This document shows, piece by piece, positions 36,901-48,900 of a DNA stretch of 64,000 nucleotides. Both the position numbers and the translations under genes were made by a program. The stretch spans positions 310,001 through 374,000 of the forward strand of contig CM114271.1 of assembly GCA_050084515.1 (NCBI GenBank), read 5' to 3'. The DNA is from Blasia pusilla. Taxonomy: Eukaryota. Under the pieces are notes generated by a model. It made no database searches. It worked only from the letters and a program-made list of their open reading frames with translations, and had not been told where the DNA came from. How positions within the stretch are numbered: position 1 is the stretch's first letter; every line of letters begins with the position of its first letter.

Positions 36901-39900
36901 ATGCAGAAGTAGATTGTCTATTGTCTAGATCTCCTGCCCAATCAGCGTCACGGTAACCAATTAGATCTACTTCTGCCTCTTGGATATATGTGAGGCAGAA
37001 GTTGTGAGTGCCTTTCAGGTATCTCATCACACGCTTGACAGCTTGCCAATGTTGCAAGCCAGGGTTGTGCATGAACCTGCTCAAAACTCCCACTGTGTAT
37101 GCAAGGTCTGGCCTTGTGGCAACCATTGCATACATAATGCAGCCCACTGCATTCTGATATTGTATGTTAGCCATATCATTCATCTCCAATTCAGTTTGAG
37201 GACACATTTCCTTGGTAAGCTTGATTCCTACCTCCATGGGTGTCCCTACTGGATTACAATCACCCATAGAAAAACGATTGATGACATTCTTCACATATTT
37301 GGTTTGGCTCATCTTGATCCAACCAACATCTTTATTTCTAGTGATTTGTATTCAGAGTAAATAATTTACTTCTCCTAGATCAACCATTTCAAAAGCTTCA
37401 CTCAGTCCACGCTTCAGCCTGTGCATAGTTTTCAGGTCTTCACAGAGGAGTAACAAATCATCTACATACAGTGCTATGTGAACCACAATATTCAACAAGT
37501 GATAAACACTAGGATCTGCCCTATTCTTGTGAAAACCCAACTTCTGAAAATAACCGTCAATTTTCTCATACCAGAGTCTTGACGCTTGCTTGAGTCCATA
37601 TAAGGCTTTCTTCAGCAACCATACCTTGTCTCCATCCTTGAAACCTTCTGGTTGTTGCATGTAAATCTCCTCATGCAATTCTCCATGGAGGAAGGCGGTT
37701 TTTACATCCATTTGATGTATCTCCCAATTATGCTTTGCCGCTAATGCTAGCAAGCTTCTTATGGAAGTAAATTTTGCTACAGGATCAAAAGTTTCTGCAT
37801 GGTCAAGTCCTTCAATCTGACTGTAGCCTTTAGCAACTAGTCGAGATTTATACTTGAACACCTCATTCTTAGGTCCTCTTTTCACTTTGAAGACCCACTT
37901 GCAACCGATTGCCTTCCTCATGGGGGGCAAATTCACCAACTCAAAAGTCTGATTGCTTTGGAGCGATCCCATCTCTTCATGCACCGCTTGCTCCCACTGG
38001 ATGGCATCATCTCTAGTGAGAGCTTCTTCAAGACTTAGCGGTTCATCAGCCTCTAACATTCCTGATGTACAACCTGCATTATAAAGGGCTTGGTAACACA
38101 CTTCAGCCAGATGCGATTCCTCTGTGAATCTTTCTTCTTGCTGGTCAGTCTCACCTTTTCCAAGACTTATCCCAAGTCGAATTGGAATTTTGGATGTCCT
38201 TGTTGATTTTCGAACTGGAGGTTGTTGCTCTGTGCCTGTAAGATAACTATCGGTACTCTCTAATGGTACTTCTGATGTTTCTACATCAGGCTTTCTCCTT
38301 ACGTAAAATCTGGTTGGAGATGATCTCCTTGGAGATTTATCAACCTCATCATCATTTTCTTCATCCTTGATATCTTTAAAGAATGTCAACTCCTTTTCAA
38401 AACTGACTTCTGCAGTGCTAGTAATGCTGCTACCAAGATCTTTCTCATTGAAATAGACATCCCTACTTCTGATTGCTTTCTTAGTGCTTGGATTGAAGAG
38501 TCTGTACCCTTTACATCCAGGTTCATACCCTAAGAATATGCATTTCTCCGATTTGGAGTCTAGCCTTGTTCTTTTCTCCTTTGGAATCAAAGCATAAGCA
38601 CAACACCCGAAAACTTTCAGGTGAGAGAGATCTGGTTTCTTACCACTCCATGCTTCCTCTGGTGTCAAGTTGTCCAATGCTGTTGAAGGACTCAAATTCT
38701 TCAAGTAGTTGGCAGTAGTTAGGCTTCTCCCAAAATTCTCGACCAAGGTTTGCTGTGGAGAGCATGGACCTGGTTCTTTCAACCAATGTCCTATTCAATC
38801 TTTCAGCTGCTCCATTCTGCTCTGGACTGCTCCTTGCAGTAACTTGACTCTTGATTCCCTTTTGAGATAAGAAATCTTTGAACTGTTTGTTGATGTATTC
38901 TCCACCTCCATCAGTTCTAAGCACTTTCACTTTCAGGCCAAGCTTATTCTCAACCTCATTGACAAAGTGCTGAAATCTGTACAAGAATTCATCCTTTGTC
39001 TTCATCAAGTAGACAAACGTCCTTCTTGACTTGTCATCAGTGAAAGAAACAAAGTATTTTGCACCTCCGTGAGATGCTACTTTCATTGGTCCACACACAT
39101 CAGAGTGGATGAGCTCAAGCTTTTCTCCTACTCTAGTTTTGGACTTCTTAGGTATAGAAGTTCTACTCTGTTTCCCTTCTATACAACCTTCACAAAAGAA
39201 TTCTGAACTATCAGGTTGTAAATGGAATCCAACAACCATCTTCTGGAGTTTCCTCATATTCTGAATTCCCAGATGTGCTAGTCGCCTATGCCAAATGTCT
39301 AAAGAATTTTCTTCAGATCCAATGTTGGCTGATTCTTCATCAACATCTGTTGTATGAAGTTTATAAAGCTGATTGTTCACAATCGAAGCTTTTCCGATTT
39401 CAGTTGTATCATGATAAAAAATAATGCAATGATCATCTGTTAACAACACTTTGAAACCCTCACTTGCTAAGACTTTCACAGAGATCAGATTTTTTCCTAT
39501 CTCAGGAATATAAAGGACATTTTTGAGAAGTAATTCTCTACAACCTTTCAGATTTAGATGAACTTCACCTTTGGAAGAAGTTTCCAGCTTGTGATTGCTT
39601 GCCACTGTTACATTGCGTGTAGAGATTTTCTGAATGTTGCTAAAACAACTTCTCTTACCGCACATGTGAGATGTTGCTCCACTATCAATGTACCAAGCAT
39701 CCCCAGAACTTGATTCGAATGGTACATCACCTTCCAAAGTCATGAATAGTTGATCATCATCGCTATCTTCAACCACATGAGCTTTCTCGGAAGTGTTGAA
39801 CTTTCCCAAGCTTTTCTTCTTGCCTTTCAGGCCTCTCACCTTTTTCCAACAGACCTGTTCTGTATGGTTCAGCATGTTGCAATATTTGCACTTGAGCTTC

Positions 39901-42900
39901 TTCTTGCCCTTTTCATTGTACCCTCTCTTACCAACCTTGGTAGCAAGAGCGATCTCATCAGATACATTGTTCCTACCAGCATGCTTCGATTCTTCATTGA
40001 TGAGTTGTCCGTTGACATACTCCCAGGTAAGTTTCTTTTTCTCTTGAGCTTCCAGCACAGTACTCACAGTCTCAAAACTCTTAGAGAGAGTGCTGAGGAG
40101 TAGACCTACTTGGAAAAAATCGTCTACTTTGAGACTTCCTTCGATGAGAGTAGAAATCATCCCTTTCACCCTCGCCACATGAGAAGCAACAGGCTCAGAT
40201 TCGTCCTGGCGCAAGTTCACAAGGTTCCGAAGGACACTAAAGATGTGTCTTACAGATTCAGTTTGTAAGCCTTCTTTCACAGTCTCCCACATGGCATGAG
40301 CATTTGGTTTGTCACGGGCCATCTCTATAGCAGAGTCTCCCATGTTCATAACCAATGCAGCCATTGCCTTATTGTTGGATTTGATCCATTCTGCATCCAA
40401 CAGTTGCATTGCTGTTGGTGCACATTGGACCACTTCCCAACAATCCTTATGACAACAAAGGATCTTCATTTCAAAAGACCACTTTCTCCAATTAGTAGCG
40501 TCTAATTTCTTGCTAAGCCCAGTGATCCATATCACTTCGTGGGCCCATAACCTAAAAGAAAGCCAGGAGTAAACAAATACTGACTTTGATTACAGAGCTA
40601 ATTTGTTTCTCCAGGCTCCAAGACGTTACAGCAGATTACAGATACATGGAATAGCTTCACAGACGTCAAATAAGAAAAGGAAACTCTGTGAGAGTATGAT
40701 TGACCAGCAGAAGTATCTCCTTGTACAAAGTCAGAGCTAGCATCAGCTAGACCATCCATGATTTCAGCTTGTACACAATCAGCAAATCAGTTCCTATCTC
40801 TATTGCCAAATCAGAGCCCTACCATGATGTGACTCTTCTTACTATCTAAGAGATACTAAGAAGGATTCTACTCAGCCACACCTTGCACTCACAATACAGG
40901 TCCTCACATGTCACCAGCTCAGAGATCAGACATGGCTCACCATTGAGCACAAACAATCTCCATCAGCATACTAGGCAAAACAACCTGCCTTCCAGTGAGG
41001 CTCTAGCAAGCACAGCAATTAGTCTCAATCTCCTCTTCCTACTCTCTGATCACTCTGCAGCAGGACCAAGAGCCTCAGGAGTCCTCACCAAAACTGTGCA
41101 TGCTGTAGAATTGGCTTCTGCTCTCTAAACAGAGACATTATATACATCAGGGTGAGCACTTCTGGCCCTTAGATCTTCTTGAACAGATCCATACCCTAAA
41201 TAACAGATGGTGGCTAACCCTAACTCGAGAATTGCCCTAATTCAAGGTTACCCTAAAAGATAGAGGAACTCTAAGTTATCTCTAGCTAACTAAATTAGTA
41301 TCCAACTAAGTTAGTATCTGACTAACTATTTTTAGAGCATGACTAAACTAGATATTAACAAATTTCAACACTCTGTACTTACAAAAACATGAGAGAGATC
41401 TGATTGATCTACTACTCATAAACTTCCTCCCTATAGGAAGAAGAGACTCTCTACACTATTGATGCCTTTTCAAGCAGCACACTATCTCCTCCAGCAGCAG
41501 GTCCTCCAAAACATCAACTCCTTCTATCACAATAGGTCAGGCACCCAAGCTGAGGGGCAGCAATACTGAAGTTCGCAGGTCCAGGAGCTGGGGAAAGTAG
41601 AGAAGAGAATAAGAGTGCGCTGGTAAGCCTCTTGCTCTTATAGGATAGCCCCTGGCTATCTTAAACCCTAAAAGTCTTTAACTAAGGCTAAAGGAGGCTA
41701 TTATGAAACCCTAAAGGTTTTTAACTAAGACTAAAAGGCTATTGCGAAAACCTAAAGGTCTAGTTAATTAACCTAAAAATAGAATTTTACCTATAGATAG
41801 AAAAAGTAACTTTTCATAGTAAAAACAGATTTTTTTGCTCCTGATCTTACAGTTGCAATTTCAACATGGAAGATAAAGTTTCAGATCTGCCCCTCTTAGT
41901 GGCAATCTGTGCAAACACCTGAGCATATAAGACCTTGATCGCTGTAAGTTGTTGTGGTGGGACACCCAACTCTTCAAGTCGTTTCCAAAGGAGAGCCCTT
42001 GGGACTGTGTCAAAGGCCTTCTTGAAGTCTACAAAACAGCAGAACAATTTACCGGGCTTGTGACCAATTCTCGACTTGGAAGTTTCTTCAATAAGTACCC
42101 GGAGTTTGAGAAGGTGATCCAGGGTGCTATGTGAGTGTCGGAAACCTGCTTGTCCTCTGGCTCGCACCTTCTTTTCTTCAGCCCAGTCGCTGATTTTCCT
42201 TTTCAGCAGTAGCCCATACAACTTGGCCATGAGGGAGCTCACCATGATCGTTCTGTAGTTGGATGGTATCATTGGGTCTCCAGCCTTGAAGAGTGGGTAG
42301 ATCGTATTCATTTGCCATTCTGGTGGGAAGCCTTGTTGAACTGCAGTTTTGAACATTCTGGTGAGGGTTGGGCCAATTGCCTCACTTGCGAATTTGAACA
42401 TTTGAGCCTGGCACCCCAGGCCATCCTCTGGTTTGTTATGTAGCCTTTTGATTCCTGATGTAACATCGGCAATGGTGAAGAGGTCCGGTAGATCCTGAAG
42501 CCCATTCGGCCAGGGGTCGGTGGGAGCGGCAGTGTTGGAGTGGTAAAGTTGGGTACCATATGTGGTCCAGATCTGTAGATCCTGGAGTGGAATGATGTTC
42601 TGTCTATTCCTGAGTATTCTCCAGAATTTGGCCGATTGGTATTTCATCTGTTGTGTGAACTCTGTGATCCTGATGGCAATGTATTTGTGTTTCTTCCTAC
42701 GTACCAATCGTTTGTAAGTTTTCTGCAACAATCGAGTGTGTGGAGAGTGTGGATCCTCCCTCAGCCGGTGATTCAGCTCCCTGCGGGCCACTTTGCAGTC
42801 CTTGTCAAACCAGGGTTGGGAGATCTAATGTGTTTGCCTCCAGACAGTTGGAAAGGTAGGACTTTTCTGCAACATTGATGTAGGATGTCGCTGAACTCAG

Positions 42901-45900
42901 TCGTATTCACTGTGGGTGAGCACTCTGTAAGAGCCTTGTTGACGAGTGTGATGAGTTCATCTTTCTTTTCCTGAAGGAAAGTGTATCGACACTTGGTCGG
43001 CAGGGTTAATTTTTCTGCAGCCTCTGGGATGGTTTTGGAGACCATGATGACAAAGTAGAGTGGTTCATGATCAGATTCTAGAACGGGTGTGACCTGCACA
43101 TTGGCAACCAGATGTGGTAGTTGATGTACTTCCCCAATCAGGTAGTCAACCACTGATGTCGAGGTTTCTCTGTTGGAGTCAGAGTGTCCAATGGAAGTGC
43201 GACCTCCTGACTGTGGCCACATAGCCATGCCATTGGCGAGTACCAAACAATGTGTTGAGCAAAGTTGGAGAAGTTTCTCTCCATTGGCTGTTTTTTCCTT
43301 GTCCACTGAGTTGCGCTGCATGTGTGGAAAGAATACTTCTCTGAGAGACCCATCAGCCGACTGAGTATCAATCCCTTCCACGTTGGTGTTGTTTGACATG
43401 TAGATTGGAGCTTGAGTGTTGGCCGTTCTCCCGTTGAAATCTCCTACTAGGAGGATATTTCCCCTGTGCATGTGGTGCTCAATGGATGTAGAGAGAGCCT
43501 CATACGGGAACTCTCTTTTGAGCACCGTGGGACTGAAGTAGCAAACAGCAATGAGGAGATCTTTCGGTAACCCCACTTCTTTGTTGACCTTGATCCAGAG
43601 GAAGTGTTTCTCCTCATCAATGTTGGCTATGGAGACAAAAGGTTGTAACCATGGTGCTACCAAGCATGCCAGGCCCCTGTGTCGTTTGCTTTTGCTGTTG
43701 GTGAGTGGGTTGTGCGTAGCAAAAACCTGGAAGTCCTCTGTGTTGGGAATGCGGTTGGAGTCATGTTCATGTGTTTCAGCAAAAAAGATAAGGTCCAGTT
43801 TTGTGCCCAGATATGTAATGCCATTGCCTCTGGACCAGAATGGTCCTCCACAATTGTGAAAAACTGCCTGAATGGATGGGTTGGTAATATCCTTCCCATC
43901 CTCCATTCCCTATAGGGAGGTCTTGTCATGTAGGTTTGTCACCTCCAAGTCCTGATTCCGAGTTGTAGAATTGCTAATTCCCTGGTTGGAATCCGAGTTT
44001 TCGCTCATTGCCCCTCCTGTTTGTCGTGTTGGTGCGGCATTTTTGTTTCTCCTAAGTACTGGTGTCTTGGCCTTTCCTTCCCTGAGTTCACTCCAAAGAC
44101 CGTTGTTGCGGGCAGCCAGAACCTTCTCCCTTTCAATAGGGAGTGCTGCTCTTTGCTTGGTTGTCAGATCTGGGAAGATACGGATAGCAGATCCTTTCAG
44201 GACTGCTTTACTGCGGAGGATGGCCAACCTCGTTTCCATCGCTGGTCCCCGTTGTGAGGGATCAAATTGTACCAACATTGGTGCTGGTTGGTCCCCTGTT
44301 CCTTTCCCAAGTCTGATCCCTGTGAAGGTTGATTGTTGGTGTGACCCCGAGAGTTGTGAAGACCTTCTCTTGCAAAACTGAATTACAGTCTTCTTCCTTG
44401 GAAAAGTGCAGTCCCATGATAACTAAATTGAGTTCTCTGGTTTTCCTATCCTGGATTTCTAGGACCCTATCTGCTTCCTCTTTTGCTACCTCTTTGGCTA
44501 CCTGTGTTGCAACCTCCGTGATTTGTGTTGTGGTTGTGTGCTTGCCCACTACTTCAGTCCAGGTTCTAACAGGATTTGCAGGGCTGTTCCCAGTTCCACG
44601 GTACTCTTGCATTGTTTTCCCACGATGAGTGTTATCCTCTTTAAAGCAGGCAGCTAAGTCCTTCTTCAATTGCATGTTTTCAGCCCTCAAAGCGACCAGC
44701 TCCTATTTTGAAATATACTCTCTCGCTCAGTGTGACAAGGAACGACTCCAGGCAGCTGTCACACATTCAACAGAGGTTATACCATATCTGGAAGTGGCAT
44801 CCATCACCAGACGGTTCTCTGAGCTAGAAGGAAAATGGGAAAGCTTTCAGGCCAACCAGATGTTGGCATGGAATACAATGATGCAGGCAGCAAAAGAAGA
44901 GCAGGGCAGATGGATGTCCAGCAAGGAATCGAACCTCCTCGAATGGACGGCTCAGAAGACAACTCTGGAATTAGAGCTGGTCGCTTTGAGGGCTGAAAAC
45001 ATGCAATTGAAGAAGGACTTAGCTGCCTGCTTCAAAGAGGATAACACTCAGCTTGGGAAAGGAATGCAAGAGTACCGTGTAACTGGGAACAGCCCTGCAA
45101 ATCCTGTTAGAACCTGGACTGAAGTAGTGGGCAAGCACAATAGGACCAGGTCGCTTGGTAACAACAAATTACTATTTATATTGGTAAAACAAAAAGTTAC
45201 TGTTGTAACTCTATAAGTTACCATTCACTATAGCAAACTCCAAGTTACTATGTTTTTTCAACAAAGCAACTGGCAAGTTCAGGTAGGTCTCCATTCACCT
45301 CAGAAAGCACCTCCTCTAGTTAAACAATGTAAAGCCCAAATAATGTAGGAGACAGTGGGGAGCCATGTTTGCCTCCACTGCTGGATGAGAGAGTATTCTT
45401 TTGGTGATCTTTGCCAACACCTTTGCTTATGACACTGTAGTTGCAGTGATTGTGACATGGGAAACTGCATCTTTTTTGGACGTTTCTTTAAGAGTACCCT
45501 TGGTATGGTGTCAAATACTTATTTCAAGCCAACAAAGCAACAGATTAGTTTTTTAGATTTAGAAAGAGTCATAGTGTTGGAGGTCTCTTCAATGAGTACC
45601 CTCAGTGTCAGCAGGTGATCAAGAGTGCTACATGATTGCTGGAAGCCGGCGCGTCCTTGAGCCGGAGCATTAATCTTGTCTGCCCAGTCAGTCAACTTTC
45701 TCTCCAACAATATTCAATACAATTTGGCCATGAGTGAACCCACCATAATAGTTCTATAGTTGGAGGCTGCCATCGGGTCCCTACCTTGAAGAATGGGTGA
45801 ATGGTATTAATCTACCATTTAAGTGGGAATTCTTGGCTAGTGACAGTATTGAACGTAGTTGCGATTGTGCCAATAGCCTCATTTGCCATTTTGAACATCT

Positions 45901-48900
45901 GAGCTTGACGTTATAGCTCATCTTCAGTTTTATTGTGTAGCTTGTGGATGCCTGATTTGACTTCCCCGAGGGTGAACAGGTCTAGTAGATCCCTGTGCCC
46001 ATCCTGCCATGAATTGGTAGCATGGCGGTGTCATCTCCATGGGGGTGTCATCTCACTCAGGTTAGCACTACTAGACACTTTGCATCACAAGACTCACTGA
46101 ACCCCTCAGGTCAGCAGACCTCTCAGTCTGTAAGCAGAAGCACACTGAACTACTGAGGTCAGAAGCACAATCCACTCAGGTAACCAAAGCACACTCAGTG
46201 CTGCTCAATCAGCTCCTCTGCTCAGAGAGTTGTGTACCAGGGCACCCTCAAGGGGTTATATACAGCCAAGAGAATGAGTTTCTAGGTTTTAGGGTTTTAG
46301 GGTTAGGGCCTGCTGCCCATAGTAATTCTCAGAATTACTGAGGTAAATCTAGAGTAACAAGAAATTACTATTTACTGTGGTAAAACACTAAGTTACTATA
46401 GTAATTCTATCAGTTACTTTTCACTGTAGTAAACTCCAAGTTACTATGTTTTTACAAGAAGTTCCATCACAGGGTAGTCAGCCTGGAACTATCTAACCTG
46501 CATGTGTATAGAATATTAATTACGGTGCCTAAAGATTCATAATGACTGCTGAATTTTTGTGAAGTTGATGGGATGAGAGTTTTATTGGAAGGAAGGAAAA
46601 AGGAAGAAAGAAAGATGACGGCGTAACTCATGTCCATTGCATTAAATGGTTCTGTTTTTCTAGTCTGTCTGTGCTACTGTAGGTTGATCTTCAGCAGGTT
46701 TAGCTCACATGAATGACTTTTGCTTTTGGACTGCATGTGGGTAGCTGAGGATTCCAAAAACAACAGGAGCAATGAAGGGGACATGAAGTTGGAAAAGAAG
46801 ACATCCAGAATACGAACAATAAGCAATTTGTTTTTCAGGTCAGATGCAGAACAGAATGAAGCATATCAAGATGTATGGTGTGAAGACAGGGATGAAGCAG
46901 ACTTACTTGAAGATGATCTAGAAATGGAGATGGAGATTGAAATGTCTGTGGCTGAAGAAGATGAAAGGGATAGGGAACATGGATTCCCACCTGGTTCAAG
47001 CTTGAACTTGCGGCTTCGACCCAAGCGGGAAGGACGAGAGCAAAATAGTAGGAATATCCCATCAGGATCTGAAATTTCCACTTCAGGAACAAACATTGAG
47101 AGTATCTCGTCTGAGGTGATTTACATGTCAACACATGTTTGCCACATTTTCAGAACTTGTGCAAAAGTTTTTGACTGCTAGTATGGGTCACATTGAAGAT
47201 GGGCTGTTGTTGCTTTGTACAGCATACACTTGAAGCTATTGTGAGGCTGCCACAGTGTTCCCTTGATTATACCTTAAGGTTTTTCCAATTGTGAACATGA
47301 AGTCTCATATCATGGTAGTAAGTGCTAGCTTTCTAACTGATGAATGTAGGGGTGAGCATTAACAACATCTTGGTGGCTAATGAACCAGATAGAAGTCGCA
47401 GTTGATATGCGGCAGCGCTACGTCGGGCATTGCAATACGGGTACTGATATCAAGCAAGCAAGCTTCCTTGGTGAAAGAGGTTAGTCTTTTTCTTCTTTTA
47501 TGCTGCGTGGTAGTTGCAATGGCTTAGATGAGCTCAAAGTTGAGAGTGCATTCTGAAGAAAGGAATAAGAAGCCAGTGTATTCAAAGAAGGAAAGGAGGA
47601 TAGGTGCGCAGCCAGTGGCTGCCAAGCTAGATGGAGGCTGCCCTAAAACGAACTCTTAGATATTTCTAGAAATGGGGCAGAGAAAGTTATTGCTCTAAAA
47701 CAGCTGTCCCTGAACTTAGAACAGACTTTAGTCAAAACTATGTATTTATAACTTTCTTCATACTGTACTAGATGAGGGCAGGGGCAACTACGGTCCATAC
47801 CCTTTGTCAATCATAGTTCCTAGCTGATTTCTTGACATAATACAATCCATATGTTTTGTGTTAAGAATGGACTGCATATTCTTCTTCATCAGATGAAGGA
47901 CTTGCTATTCTGCGAGTGACAGTGGAATCATCTTTCTCATTGAAGGTCACAACCCTCTCAAGAAGAATCGTCTTATGCCTTTTTCTCTCAAGTCTGTATG
48001 CTTTGGTTCATCTCCATATCCGAGGAGTATGCAATCCTGTTACTTGTAGTCAAACTTACCCCTATGGTCTTTGTGGACTCTAGTATAGACTGTATACTTG
48101 CATTGTTTCAAGTGACTAAGATTAGGCTTCCTACCCGTCCACAGCTCTTAGGCAGTTTTACCCTCATGAACAGATTTAGTAGGAGCTCTGTGCTGTGAGT
48201 AATTAGCAGTTAACAGAGTGTCTTCCCAGTAGTATTTTGCAAGACCAAAGTGATGCAACATGGATAAAAGAGCCTCCCTCAAGGTTCTGTTCTTGTGTTC
48301 TGCTACCCTGTTCTGTTGCCGGGTATCATGGACTTTGTTCTGCCTCAGAATATTGTGGTGCAACCAAAAGCCTGTGAACTCCCCTGATTTATACTCTCCA
48401 CCATTATCTGATCTCTGAGTTTGAATGCTTTTGGACTGCAGTGCTTCTGCTATTCCTGTATACTGCCCAAAATTTTTAAAAGCTTGCCTTGTGTCTCAGA
48501 AGGTAAGTAACATCATATCTTGACCAGTCATCAATAAAGGTTATAAAATGGAAATAACCAGACTTGGTTGGATTTCTCATTTTCCCAGCAATGTCTTGAG
48601 TGTACTAACTTTAGAGCTGCGGTCGCTTTAGGTCAATGGTGATCCACCTGAACTCGAACATTGCTTGATACCATTGATGTTTTTGAGGTGCATGTTGAAG
48701 AACAGTCTGGATATGTTTGGACACATTCAGTCCCAAGACCCCACCCGGATACTGACATGGTGTTCCAGTGTAAGTGCTGAAACCTGGCACAAGAGGCATG
48801 GCCATGTCAATTTCAAGAGGATGCAACTGCTGAAGTCCATGTGAACTGGACTTGGGACTGAGAAACTTGATGAAGGAAACTTCTGCCCTTCCTGTTTGTT

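Larger units (their letters stand above)
34125..45139 (-). mobile_element. LINE (RTE-X-like), interrupted by copia B, with a 5' inversion
   Basis: ORF1 remnant at 44690-43910. ORF2 has an APE endonuclease (43906-42773: FAETH, VGDFNGRT, VVDY, SDH), RT (QAGFR, FVDFKKAFDTV, KQGCPLSP, YADD) and a C-terminal RFRCGS...CRFC...DEHHYLFDC motif. 3' tail of TTCA repeats. The clade call is inferred from these features. Confidence 0.85.

Noticed and set aside
44629-45216. 195-aa coiled-coil plus-strand ORF as a novel gene
   Set aside because: It is the inverted 5' part of LINE ORF1.
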